Shown piece after piece: positions 26,301-39,694 of a DNA stretch of 64,000 bases. The stretch lies in NCBI GenBank assembly GCA_002269645.1, contig NIVC01000040.1, forward strand, positions 310,001-374,000, given 5' to 3'. The position numbers were made by a program, and so were the translations under genes. Position 1 is the first letter of the stretch; the number at the start of each line of letters is the position of its first letter. Source of the stretch: Macrostomum lignano (lineage: Eukaryota). The notes under the pieces were generated by a model. The model was given only the letters and a program-made list of their open reading frames with translations, had not been told where the DNA came from and did no database searches.

Positions 26301-29300
26301 ACACACACCAGCTATGATCACAGACACTCACCAGCTATGCTCAGAGACAGACACTAGCTATGCTCAGAGACAGCCTCAGCTATGCTCAGAGACATCAGCT
26401 ATGCTCAGAGACAGCATCAGCTATGCTCAGAGACATCAGCTATGCTCAGAGACATCAGCTATGCTCAGAGACAGCATCAGCTATGCTCAGAGACATCAGC
26501 TATGCTCAGAGACATCAGCTATGCTCAGAGACATCAGCTATGCTCAGAGACACACATCAGCTATGCTCAGAGACCGACAGCAGCTATGCTCAGAGACATC
26601 AGCTATGCTCAGAGACACACACCAGCTTTGCTCAGAGACATCAGCTATGCTTAGAGACACACACCAGCTATGCTCAGAGACACTCACAAGCTATGCTCAG
26701 AGACAGACACTAGCTATGCTCAGAGACAGCCTCAGCTATGCTCAGAGACATCAGCTATGCTCAGAGACAGCATCAGCTATGCTCAGAGACATCAGCTATG
26801 CTCAGAGACACCAGCTATGCTCAGAGACACCAGCTATGCTCAGAGACATCAGCTTTGCTCAGAGACATCAGCGATGCTCAGAGACACACATCAGCTTTGC
26901 TCAGAGACAGACACCAGCTATGCTCAGAGACACACATCAGCTATGCTCAGAGACAGGCACTAGCTATGCTCAGAGACATCAGCTAAGCTCAGAGACAGAC
27001 ACCAGCTATGCTCAGAGACAGACACCAGCTATGCTCAGAGACGTCAGCTATGCTCAGAGACAGACACCAGCTATGCTCAGAGACACACACCAGCTATGCT
27101 CAGAGACATCAGCTATGCTCAGAGACACACACCAGCTATGCTCGGAGACAGACATCAGCTATGCTCAGAGACATCAGCGATGCTCAGAGACAAACATCAG
27201 CTATGCTCAGAGACAGACACCAGCTATGCTCAGAGACATCAGCTATGCTCAGAGACATCAGCTATGCTCAGAGACATCAGCTATGCTCAGAGACAGACAT
27301 CAGCTATGCTCAGAGACATCAGCTATGCTCAGAGACAGACACCAGCTATGCTCAGAGACACACACCAGCTATGCTCAGAGACATCAGCTATGCTTAGAGA
27401 CACTCACCAGCTATGCTCACAGACAGACACTAGCTATGCTCAGAGACAGCCTCAGCTATGCTCAGAGACATCAGCTATGCTCAGAGACACCAGCTATGCT
27501 CAGAGACACCAGCTATGCTCAGAGACATCAGCTATGCTCAGAGACATCAGCTATGCTCAGAGACACAGCTATGCTCAGAGACATCAGCTATGCTCAGAGA
27601 CATCAGCTATGCTCAGAGACATCAGCTATGTTCAGAGACATCAGCTATGCTCAGAGACACACATCAGCTATGCCCAGAGACAGACACCAGCTATGCTCAG
27701 AGACACACATCAGCTATGCTCAGAGACATCAGCTATGCTCAGAGACATCAGCTATGCTCAGAGACATCAGCTATGCTCAGAGACACACAGCAGCAATGCT
27801 CAGAGACATCAGCTATGCTCAGAGACAGCATCAGCTATGCTCAGAGACATCAGCTATGCTCAGAGACACCAGCTATGCTCAGAGACACCAGCTATGCTCA
27901 GAGACATCAGCTATGCTTAGAGACACACACAGCTATGCTCACAGACACTCACCAGCTATGCTCAGAGACAGACACTAGCTATGCTCAGAGACAGCCTCAG
28001 CTATGCTCAGAGACATCAGCTATGCTCAGAGACAGACATCAGCTATGCTCAGAGACATCAGCTATGCTCAGAGACATCAGCTATGCTCAGAGACAGCATC
28101 AGCTATGCTCAGAGACATCAGCTATGCTCAGAGACATCAGCTATGTTCAGAGACATCAGCTATGCTCAGAGACACACATCAGCTATGCCCAGAGACAGAC
28201 ACCAGCTATGCTCAGAGACACACATCAGCTATGCTCAGAGACATCAGCTATGCTCAGAGACATCAGCTATGCTCAGAGACACACAGCAGCAATGCTCAGA
28301 GACATCAGCTATGCTCAGAGACACACATCAGCTATGCTCAGAGACCGACAGCAGCTATGCTCAGAGACATCAGCTATGCTCAAAGACACACACCAGCTAT
28401 GCTCAGAGACATCAGCTATGCTTAGAGACACACACCAGCTATGATCACAGACACTCACCAGCTATGCTCAGAGACAGACACTAGCTATGCTCAGAGACAG
28501 CCTCAGCTATGCTCAGAGACATCAGCTATGCTCAGAGACAGCATCAGCTATGCTCAGAGACATCAGCTATGCTCAGAGACATCAGCTATGCTCAGAGACA
28601 GCATCAGCTATGCTCAGAGACATCAGCTATGCTCAGAGACACCAGCTATGCTCAGAGACACCAGCTATGCTCAGAGACATCAGCTATGCTCAGAGACATC
28701 AGCTATGCTCAGAGACATCAGCTATGCTCAGAGACAGACACCAGCTATGCTCAGAGACATCAGCTATGCTCAGAGACAGACACTAGCTATGCTCAGAGAC
28801 AGACACCAGCTATGCTCAGAGACAGACACCAGCTATGCTCAGAGACAGACATCAGCTATGCTCAGAGACAGCATCAGCTATGCTCAGAGACATCAGCTAT
28901 GCTCAGAGACAGACACCAGCTATGCTCAGAGACACACATCAGCTATGCTCAGAGACATCAGCTATGCTTAGAGACCGACAGCAGCATCAGCTATGCTCAG
29001 AGACCGACCGCAGCTATGCTCAGAGACACACCAGCTATGCTCAGAGACATCAGCTATGCTCACAGACATCAGCTATGCTCAGAGACACACATCAGCTATG
29101 CTCAGAGACATCAGCTATGCTCAGAGACATCAGCTATGCTCAGAGACAGGCATCAGCTATGCTCAGAGACAGACACCAGCTATGCTCAGAGACACATCAG
29201 CTATGCTCAGAGACACACATCAGCTATGCTCAGAGACATCAGCTATGCTCAGAGACCGACCGCAGCTATGCTCAGAGCCACACACCAGCTATGCTCAGAG

Positions 29301-32300
29301 ACATCAGCTATGCTCACAGACATCAGCTATGCTCAGAGACACACATCAGCTATGCTCAGAGACATCAGCTATGCTCAGAGACATCAGCTATGCTCAGAGA
29401 CAGGCATCAGCTATGCTCAGAGACAGACACCAGCTATGCTCAGAGACAGGCATCAGCTATGCTCAGAGACAGACATCAGCTATGCTCAGAGACATCAGCT
29501 ATGCTCAGAGACACCAGCTATGCTCAGAGACAGGCATCAGCTATGCTCAGAGACAGACATCAGCTATGCTCAGAGACATCAGCTATGCTCAGAGACATCA
29601 GCTATGCTCAGAGACATCAGCTATGCTCAGAGACAGACACCAGCTATGCTCAGAGACACACACCAGCTATGCTCAGAGACATCAGCTATGCTTAGAGACA
29701 CTCACCAGCTATGCTCACAGACAGACACTAGCTATGCTCAGAGACAGCCTCAGCTATGCTCAGAGACATCAGCTATGCTCAGAGACACCAGCTATGCTCA
29801 GAGACACCAGCTATGCTCAGAGACATCAGCTATGCTCAGAGACATCAGCTATGCTCAGAGACACCAGCTATGCTCAGAGACATCAGCTATGCTCAGAGAC
29901 ATCAGCTATGCTCAGAGACATCAGCTATGTTCAGAGACATCAGCTATGCTCAGAGACACACATCAGCTATGCCCAGAGACAGACACCAGCTATGCTCAGA
30001 GACACACATCAGCTATGCTCAGAGACATCAGCTATGCTCAGAGACATCAGCTATGCTCAGAGACATCAGCTATGCTCAGAGACACACAGCAGCAATGCTC
30101 AGAGACATCAGCTATGCTCAGAGACAGCATCAGCTATGCTCAGAGACATCAGCTATGCTCAGAGACACCAGCTATGCTCAGAGACACCAGCTATGCTCAG
30201 AGACATCAGCTATGCTTAGAGACACACACCAGCTATGATCACAGACACTCACCAGCTATGCTCAGAGACAGACACTAGCTATGCTCAGAGACAGCCTCAG
30301 CTATGCTCAGAGACATCAGCTATGCTCAGAGACAGCATCAGCTATGCTCAGAGACATCAGCTATGCTCAGAGACATCAGCTATGCTCAGAGACAGCATCA
30401 GCTATGCTCAGAGACATCAGCTATGCTCAGAGACATCAGCTATGTTCAGAGACATCAGCTATGCTCAGAGACACACATCAGCTATGCCCAGAGACAGACA
30501 CCAGCTATGCTCAGAGACACACATCAGCTATGCTCAGAGACATCAGCTATGCTCAGAGACATCAGCTATGCTCAGAGACACACAGCAGCAATGCTCAGAG
30601 ACATCAGCTATGCTCAGAGACACACATCAGCTATGCTCAGAGACCGACAGCAGCTATGCTCAGAGACATCAGCTATGCTCAAAGACACACACCAGCTATG
30701 CTCAGAGACATCAGCTATGCTTAGAGACACACACCAGCTATGATCACAGACACTCACCAGCTATGCTCAGAGACAGACACTAGCTATGCTCAGAGACAGC
30801 CTCAGCTATGCTCAGAGACATCAGCTATGCTCAGAGACAGCATCAGCTATGCTCAGAGACATCAGCTATGCTCAGAGACATCAGCTATGCTCAGAGACAG
30901 CATCAGCTATGCTCAGAGACATCAGCTATGCTCAGAGACACCAGCTATGCTCAGAGACACCAGCTATGCTCAGAGACATCAGCTATGCTCAGAGACATCA
31001 GCTATGCTCAGAGACATCAGCTATGCTCAGAGACAGACACCAGCTATGCTCAGAGACATCAGCTATGCTCAGAGACAGACACTAGCTATGCTCAGAGACA
31101 GACACCAGCTATGCTCAGAGACAGACACCAGCTATGCTCAGAGACAGACATCAGCTATGCTCAGAGACAGCATCAGCTATGCTCAGAGACATCAGCTATG
31201 CTCAGAGACAGACACCAGCTATGCTCAGAGACACACATCAGCTATGCTCAGAGACATCAGCTATGCTTAGAGACCGACAGCAGCTATGCTCAGAGACATC
31301 AGCTATGCTCAGAGACCGACCGCAGCTATGCTCAGAGCCACACACCAGCTATGCTCAGAGACATCAGCTATGCTCACAGACATCAGCTATGCTCAGAGAC
31401 ACACATCAGCTATGCTCAGAGACATCAGCTATGCTCAGAGACATCAGCTATGCTCAGAGACAGGCATCAGCTATGCTCAGAGACAGACACCAGCTATGCT
31501 CAGAGACAGGCATCAGCTATGCTCAGAGACACACATCAGCTATGCTCAGAGACATCAGCTATGCTCAGAGACCGACCGCAGCTATGCTCAGAGCCACACA
31601 CCAGCTATGCTCAGAGACATCAGCTATGCTCACAGACATCAGCTATGCTCAGAGACACACATCAGCTATGCTCAGAGACATCAGCTATGCTCAGAGACAT
31701 CAGCTATGCTCAGAGACAGGCATCAGCTATGCTCAGAGACAGACACCAGCTATGCTCAGAGACAGGCATCAGCTATGCTCAGAGACAGACATCAGCTATG
31801 CTCAGAGACATCAGCTATGCTCAGAGACACCAGCTATGCTCAGAGACAGGCATCAGCTATGCTCAGAGACAGACATCAGCTATGCTCAGAGACATCAGCT
31901 ATGCTCAGAGACATCAGCTATGCTCAGAGACATCAGCTATGCTCAGAGACAGACACCAGCTATGCTCAGAGACATCAGCTATGCTCAGAGACAGACACTA
32001 GCTATGCTCAGAGACAGACACCAGCTATGCTCAGAGACAGACACCAGCTATGCTCAGAGACAGACATCAGCTATGCTCAGAGACAGCATCAGCTATGCTC
32101 AGAGACAGACACCAGCTATGCTCAGAGACACACATCAGCTATGCTCAGAGACATCAGCTATGCTTAGAGACCGACAGCAGCTATGCTCAGAGACATCAGC
32201 TATGCTCAGAGACCGACCGCAGCTATGCTCAGAGCCACACACCAGCTATGCTCAGAGACATCAGCTATGCTCACAGACATCAGCTATGCTCAGAGACACA

Positions 32301-32670
32301 CATCAGCTATGCTCCCAGACATCAGCTATGCTCAGAGACACACATCAGCTATGCTCAGAGACACACATCAGCTATGCTCAGAGACATCAGCTATGCTCAG
32401 AGACCGACAGCAGCTATGCTCAGAGACATCAGCTATGCTCAGAGACACACATCAGCTATGCTCAGAGACATCAGCTATGCTCAGAGACACACATCAGCTA
32501 TGCTCAGAGACAGACACCAGCTTTGCTCAGAGACAGACATCAGCTATGCTCAGAGACACACATCAGCTATGCTCAGAGACAGACACCAGCTATGCTCAGA
32601 GACAGACACCAGCTATGCTCAGAGACACACATCAGCTATGCTCAGAGACACACATCAGCTATGCTCAGAG
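23378..32670. repeat. 9.3-kb modular satellite: core CAGCTATGCTCAGAGA plus short variable linkers (19/23/22-bp units), with higher-order duplications
   Basis: Direct. Identical ORFs recur at offsets of 1674 bp (24996/26670) and 2299 bp (28441/30740). Confidence 0.97.
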
Positions 32671-35600
32671 CCCAGTGGCAAAGCCCAGCTCGGCCTGAGC
32701 TCGGTCCGCCGAGATCGGGCCGAGATCGGCGGGTTGACGGCGGTTCTAGCTTGGGTCGAGGTCGGCTGACCGTGGTAATGCCGAGTAGCTTTGCACTATA
32801 CTTTCTATTTAGCTTATTATAAAGCTTATATTGCTTCTTACAGATTGACTACATGTAGGTGGTGCCACTTTCACTTTCTATAGACTTGTACTGTACATGT
32901 ACAATTCGGTATTACATGAAAAAGAAAAGGTGAATGGGAAAACGACATGACACGAATTGAAACCACCGAGTTAAAGATCCCATGTCATTCCTAGCATGTT
33001 AGTGCATTGCAGTTGCAGTGGTAATGTATATGAGCCTAGTTATGGTGAGCCTCTAGTATATCTAGTTTAATTGATTTCCCCTCGAAATTAGATACATATC
33101 CACCAGACTCAGTTCTCTGACCCAACAACTATACAACCAACAACCATGTCCATTGTCCAGGATTAAATGATTGTGAAATAAGACAACGATTTAGAACTTA
33201 AAATAATTGAATTAAAAGAACACCGCAACAGTAAATCCACCACAAGCACACTAGTGTATTATCAAATGCTAATAATGATACAAGATTAACTTTTCAACCA
33301 ATAAGCAAGAAAACAAAGAGAAAAAGTAGCTAAACAGCTGAAAACAGAGGTTGAGTTAAGGGTTGTGATACGGATTTGGTTGAGCATTTATTAACATTAT
33401 AAACTGTAAAGACTTCACTTTAGATTGTAGAACGAGACGCTTGATACGAGGAAAGCGACTGCAATTTATATTGTAAGTATTGAGCACAATACATTGGGTG
33501 TAAGAGGCTTAAGGGTGGAAAGCAAGAGCGACCAGAATGCAGAGCGTATATAAGAATGTACAGCGAAATATCGCAGAAGGGAGCACGCAGCGAAACTGGT
33601 AAAACACCACCTCAAAACACGGAGTAAAAAAAGCTAACAAAACAAACAATTTGCTCAGCCAAGTCACCACACTCCTCCCCACAAAGATTAAGCGTTGGAT
33701 AAAAACGGGAATAAAAGACGCAAATCAGTTCACAGTCCATAGAGGAACAGTCCATAGTCACTGGTAGCGCAGCCGGTCAGCTTAAGCTCTTGCCCTGGTC
33801 GAACGTCAAAGTGGCGCCGCAGAGCTCAACTCTGGCGCCTGGACAGGCGTCTCCGCAGGGGCCTCTGGTTGATCGTCAGGCACCTCGGCACATAGCGGTT
33901 GCTTAACTCTGGAAGGCGCCGCAGGCACTTGATTGATGTGCCGATGGACCTCTCGACCATCGTCAAACTGGCAAGAGACACAGCCCTGGAGCAGTCGGTC
34001 AGAACAGCAGGCTTCCAGCTGCCATCAGCAGCAAAGTCCCTCGCAACGACTGCATTGCCCATCTCAATGCGGTGGTCATGGGCATGGGTGTTGTGCTGCT
34101 GCTTCTGCATCGCTTGTGGGGAGGCTTAGAATCTCACTCCATTTTCTTAGAGTGTTGTATCTAGAACACCAAGGGGGTTAGAAATGAAGCCATATGATGA
34201 CAAAGTAAAAAAAAACTGGAGTCAAATCATAAATGGAAAAACACAAAAATGATACCCAAATCTGGCCTGTAGTGCAAAACTGATGCCAAATGTGGCATAG
34301 GGCCCTAGTATATAAAAATAGCATCAAGATCTAGTCTATAGTGCAAAAATAAAGTAAAAACCTATTATAGTAATATAAGTATACTATAGTTATACTAAAA
34401 AGTCATTAGAAAAATAATATAGTATAATATGAATACTGTGAATCAATTCAAAAAAGTAAAAAATGGCATATATAGCAAATTACATTAAATTGCCTGCCAT
34501 AAAATGTACAATTGGCATTATATTCTGGCCTATAGTACATAAACAATGCCTTAAATTAACTGATTGTATGTAATTCATGATGGCATTGCCATAGACAAAT
34601 GAACAAATAAGAAACTTAAATATAGTAAGGATAAAAATATCATAGGAGCTTAAAAACCTGGCTTTATTTAGGCCATTTTAGACTTCAAATCACAGGATTT
34701 ATGACCTAAGCTAGATATCATTCCTACAGTTAAGTTATGGTAACTCCTTTTGCAATCCTATACTTTTCAACATTTTATCATGAAAATATGCTTTTTGTAG
34801 AAATTTATTCACTTTTAACTCCTAGATAACAATTTGATGGCCATTCTGAAAATAGCTGGTGAATTGCCATCGTAATATGTCTTATTATTATTTATGGAAA
34901 CATATTACACCTATTCATAAATTGTAAGCAAATCTCCATTAAACCCAAAAAAGAAGCAAGTTTACATTGCATTACAGTGTAGTTAACTTCAACTAGCTAT
35001 AGTTCAATTAGTTTTGGCTTAACTGTAAGACTAAGTATGTCTCCTGAATTTTTGCTAAAACATCTAAATGCTTCCAAAGAACGTGTAATAAAAATAATAG
35101 AAGCTAAATGAATTGCCACGTTAAAAAGAGCCAGACACTGTTTACAATTGACTAAAAAACCACCATGATACGTCGACTACATGGGAGCAATATATTGAAA
35201 TGAATGGCAAAAAATGAGCAATAATTGCGCCTTAAGTAAATTCTGAAGCAGTTTATTATTTATTTATATTTTTACTAACGAAGCTATGTTCTTTTATTTG
35301 GTAAATTACTCATTTATATAATTGTTAAAATCCAGTACTTCGAATTTTCCGTACCTATAACGCTTGCACTTCATGGTCGTCTCGAAGGAAAATAAATCCA
35401 TAAAAGTCAAATCGCCTACTAAACGAGGAAACTAATTCAGTAAAAACAGAATTAGTATGTATAAAAAGCACATTGAACCACTTTGGTGGATCAAAAGTGC
35501 TGTATGATTGCGTTGTTTTTGTTTATTGCAAAAGAGTCACTTTTTCAGTGTAAATTATTCATCTATATTTATGCGGTGTTCTTTTTTAATCATATCAAAT

Positions 35601-35779
35601 TGATTATCGTAGGTAAATTCTGCTTAATTAATTAAAAATTTTAATCGGTTAACGGCGCGGCACCCCGAGGTTCTCCCGAGCTCGGGCCGACGTCGGCTGG
35701 CCGACTTTAGCATGGCCGATCGAATGCCGAGTGGCCGACGTCGGCCCGAGCTCGGACCGAGCTCGGCTTTGCCACTGGG
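32671..35779. mobile_element. Non-autonomous CMC (EnSpm/CACTA-like) DNA transposon, 3109 bp
   Basis: Termini CCCAGTGGCAAAGCC ... GGCTTTGCCACTGGG; 2-bp AG target duplication (32669-70 and 35780-81), whose removal restores the satellite unit; subterminal palindromes CCGAGCTCGG/CCGACGTCGG/CCGAGATCGG; no transposase ORF seen. Confidence 0.85.
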
Positions 35780-36390
35780 AGACAGACATCAGTTATGCTC
35801 AGAGACATCAGCTATGCTCAGAGACACATCAGCTATGCTCAGAGACAGACACCAGCTATGCTCAGAGACACACATCAGTTATGCTCAGAGACACACATCA
35901 GCTATGCTCAGAGACAGCATCAGCTATGCTCAGAGACATCAGCTATGCTCAGAGACAGACACCAGCTATGCTCAGAGACATCTATGCTCAGAGACCGACA
36001 GCAGCTATGCTCAGAGACATCAGCTATGCTCAGAGACCGACAGCAGCTATGCTCAGAGACAGACAGCAGCTATGCTCAGAGACCGACAGCAGCTATGCTC
36101 AGAGACCGACATCAGCTATGCTCAGAGACATCAGCTATGCTCAGAGACCGACAGCAGCTATGCTCAGAGACCGACAGTAGCTATGCTCAGAGACCGACAG
36201 CAGCTATGCTCAGAGACGTCAGCTATGCTCAGAGACCGACAGCAGCTATGCTCAGAGACAGACAGCAGCTATGCTCAGAGACAACAGCTATGCTCACAGA
36301 CACACATCAGCTATGCTCACAGACATCAGCTATGCTCAGAGACATCAGCTATGCTCAGAGACCGACAGCAGCTATGCTCAGAGACATCAG
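35780..36390. repeat. Continuation of the CAGCTATGCTCAGAGA satellite beyond the transposon
   Basis: Same core and orientation. Confidence 0.95.
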
Positions 36391-36885
36391 CCACACTCTA
36401 CAGGTGTACATTTTTGTCTGCCAAAGCAGCTCCTCATAGTTTTTTGAGCGAGTAGATTTTCCGTCTTAGTTTGAGTCCTGCGTTTTTCAAATGTTTGTTC
36501 ATCAAAATCACAACGGATCAGAAAGACAGCGATGACGGCCTTTCAATCAGGACTGCTTTTATTCCTCGCGTGTGGAACTACCTACTAAAAATATCAATCT
36601 TCGATCCCTTCGGAAAATATTACTTTGTGCTAATCTCTTCGGTCTCTCAATTCGAAAGTATTGCAATAGCTTCATAATAATCCTTTTATATCCTTAAGCC
36701 ATTCTAAAATCACGCGCTCGCGGGACAAATGAAAATATCGAATAAAGATTAAAAAATGAAACGACTGATGATGCAGGAATAATTCAATTCTTTCACTCGA
36801 GATGACTGCATGTACTTTTGCCATGACTGAGTCGATTAATTTCAATTCCTTAACTAGCTTTCGAGCGTATAAACAGATTGTGTGC

Positions 36886-37410
36886 AGACTCCATAGTGAC
36901 TGAATGCTCAGCTGAGTGCTCACTCCATAGTGACTGCGTGCTCAGCTGAGTGCTCACTCCATAGTGACTGAATGCTCAGCTGAGTGCTCACTCCATAGTG
37001 ACTGAGTGCTCAGCTGTGTGCTCAACCCTATAGTGACTGAGTGCTCAGCTGTGTGCTCAACCCTATAGTGACTGAGTGCTCAGCTGTGTGCTCACTCCAT
37101 AGTGACTGAGTGCTCAGCTGTGTGCTCACTCCATAGTGACTGAGTGCTCAGCTGTGTGCTCAACCCTATAGTGACCGAGTGCTCAGCTGTGTGCTCACTC
37201 CATAGTGACTGAGTGCTCAGCTGTGTGCTCAACCCTATAGTGACCGAGTGCTCAGCTGTGTGCTCACTCCATAGTGACTGAGTGCTCAGCTGTGTGCTCA
37301 ACCCTATAGTGACCGAGTGCTCAGCTGTGTGCTCACTCCATAGTGACTGAGTGCTCAGCTGTGTGCTCAACCCTATAGTGACCGAGTGCTCACTGCTTAG
37401 CTGTGTGCTC
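36886..37410. repeat. 34/35-bp minisatellite (CCATAGTGACTGAGTGCTCAGCTGTGTGCTCACT) with alternating variants
   Basis: Direct; 69-bp dimer in the distal part. Confidence 0.92.
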
Positions 37411-37954
37411 ATACATTTACTAAAGCAGTTTATGATGCATGTATGTAAATCATTATAGGACGCAAAGAAAGTCGTGAAACCAGCGGTACATGTATTTATT
37501 GACGCTAGTCCTTAAACCCGGTCGGACGATTCAACCAATAGAAACAAAACAACGAGCGTGTATATATCAAAATAGTCGGAAAAATAATTACAATGATTAG
37601 CAATTTTAAGTAAGCGAGATCAACAGAGCGGGCAAGCGGCTCTAGGCTTCATTATAAATAAGCCACACATGCAAAGCGGGAGGAAGAGGCAGGCTCAGAG
37701 CCAGCCCCAGCGGCACCAACCCCTCAGCAGCCAATCACAGTGCAGAGCCCGAGAATCAGATGGCAAGACAATTAATCGAACGCATGTGCGAGTAAGGAGA
37801 GTCAGGCAAGTAGGAGACGAGACGCATGGGCGCAACTTTCAGCAAGCGGTAAAATTGAATGTAAAATGGAATATTCTGGTTTGTGTTTTTTTTAAAAACA
37901 TGGAATGATTTTGTTTAATCGCATTGCGAATAAGCACAGAAAAAAGGAAGGATA

Positions 37955-38015
37955 GAAAGACAGACGGACAGACACTAAGGCACCAGACAGACTGAGACAG
38001 ACATACAGACAGAAC

Positions 38016-38077
<62 letters not shown>

Positions 38078-38078
38078 C

Positions 38079-38113
<35 letters not shown>

Positions 38114-38255
38114 CAGACAGACAGACAGACATATGGACAGACGGACAGACAGACAAATAGACAGACAGACACTAAGGCACTAAGCCAGACAGACAGACAG
38201 ACAGACACTAAGGCACTAAGCCAGACAGACAGACAGACAGACAGACAGAGATAGG
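37955..38255. repeat. (GACA)n microsatellite
   Basis: Direct. Confidence 0.9.
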
Positions 38256-38303
38256 AAACAGATGCATGTTCATCAATTATCAGCCTAAAAAAGGCTATCC
38301 CCA

Positions 38304-38789
38304 TCAAACAGTAGTAGTTTTCCAACGCTTCTTGCAAGCCTGACAACTCGCATAGCGCCGTCTTCTCAGAAAGGCGGGGCTCGTAAGTACAATGTAGAAA
38401 ACCGCAAGGCCAGTGGAGCAGCCTAAAACGCATGCAGCAATTCTATATGGTCGAATGGCCTCGCTACAGTCATTCTGGACAGCGCCTGCGCTAGGGTTGG
38501 CTGTAGACTCAACGACACTACTAGCAGCGGCAGTAGTAGCTGCGGATTCGACAGCCGCTTTAGATTGTTCCCAGAAATCTGAGCAAGCGGACTTAATTAA
38601 TGGCCTGTCGCACCTGGCTGCCCAGGCTCTGCCAAAGTCGCCGCGGCAGTGGGATAGACTTGGACAGTCCTTGCAATTGTTGGCTCCTTCGCTGTCGCGA
38701 TACTGGCCAGGGGGACAGGCAGGCAGGGGAACCGCCAGCATGGGCAGCACCAGCGACAATGTTATTAAAAGTGCCAACTGCAGCTGCAT
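38304..38789 (-). CDS. TNFR-like single-CRD type I membrane protein, paralog A (161 aa)
   Basis: Signal peptide; CPPGQY-x8-C-x2-CP-x4-C-x11-C-x8-C; S/T/A-rich stalk; hydrophobic segment IAACVLGCSTGLAVFYIVLTSPAFL; RRRR stop-transfer. Confidence 0.82.
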   Translation of the reverse strand: MQLQLALLITLSLVLPMLAVPLPACPPGQYRDSEGANNCKDCPSLSHCRGDFGRAWAARCDRPLIKSACSDFWEQSKAAVESAATTAAASSVVESTANPSAGAVQNDCSEAIRPYRIAACVLGCSTGLAVFYIVLTSPAFLRRRRYASCQACKKRWKTTTV

Positions 38790-38879
38790 AAAGGTTGGTG
38801 TGACATAAATTTGATGCAGACTGTCTATGAATGCTTTTTCCTGTGTCTGTTTGTCATAGTTTCCGCATTAGTATCTGCC

Positions 38880-38906
38880 AGTCTGTCTGCCCACCTGCCT
38901 TGTGTG

Positions 38907-38963
<57 letters not shown>

Positions 38964-39013
38964 TTGTGTCTGTCTGTCTGTCTGTCTGTCTGCCTTTGTG
39001 TCCGTCTGTCTGT

Positions 39014-39047
<34 letters not shown>

Positions 39048-39262
39048 TGCGTCTGTCTGTCTGTCTGTCTGTCTTTGTGTCTTTGTGTCTGTCTGTCTGT
39101 CTGTGTGTCTGTCTGTCTGTCTATGAATGCTTGTTTCCAGTGTCTCTGTCAGTCAGTCAGTCAGTCAGTCAGTCAGTGTCTACCTGTCTGTATGTCTGCC
39201 TGTCTGTCTGTCTGTCGGTGACTGTCTGTCTGTCTCTGTCTGACTGTGTGTCCGTCTGTCTA
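38880..39262. repeat. (TCTG)n microsatellite upstream of paralog A
   Basis: Direct; paralog C has the same arrangement. Confidence 0.9.
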
Positions 39263-39694
39263 CTTGGTTGGCCATCTCCTATCACATAATATTTCAAAGG
39301 ATACTTAGAATATACCTTCTATAGGCATAGAAAAACCAATAACAAAAAATATTAATCTGTCATCAGAGAAGTTTTATTTCAACGATTAGGACTTGTCACA
39401 GACATCTTGTTCGAGAATATAAATAAATAAACAAATCAATTTAAAGGTGTCAGGAAGAATTTTGGCATTCAGGTTTTCTGCAATTATCAGTTAAAATTAT
39501 GGAATCACATGCTGCGTGTAAGTCGCAGATAAACTTTGTGAAATTTGACAAAGGTAAAAATCCGAATGGCAAGGAATTATACTACTGTATAAATTTAGCT
39601 ATACTACTGCATTGAATAATTATGTCACAAAAATGGTAGAGGCACTTGTTTTAGAAAGACCGGAAGGAGAATCCTAAAAATATAGGAGCCAGGC

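Noticed and set aside
23325-32822. Dozens of long ORFs (MLRDISYAQRHQLCSET...)
   Set aside because: Open in all three frames because the unit lacks + strand stop codons; frame switching follows linker length
33770-34130. A sixth receptor paralog (Cys-rich minus frame QCSRCEGLCC*WQLEACC...)
   Set aside because: Multiple stops, Cys spacing does not match A-E, no signal peptide or TM; kept only as transposon cargo
23378-36390. CRISPR-like appearance (constant repeat plus variable linker)
   Set aside because: Linkers are only 3-9 nt and recur from a small set; there are no unique spacers or cas genes, and the context is eukaryotic
37500-37860. CCAAT and TATAAATA promoter-like motifs
   Set aside because: Spacing and orientation are inconsistent and there is no downstream ORF to assign
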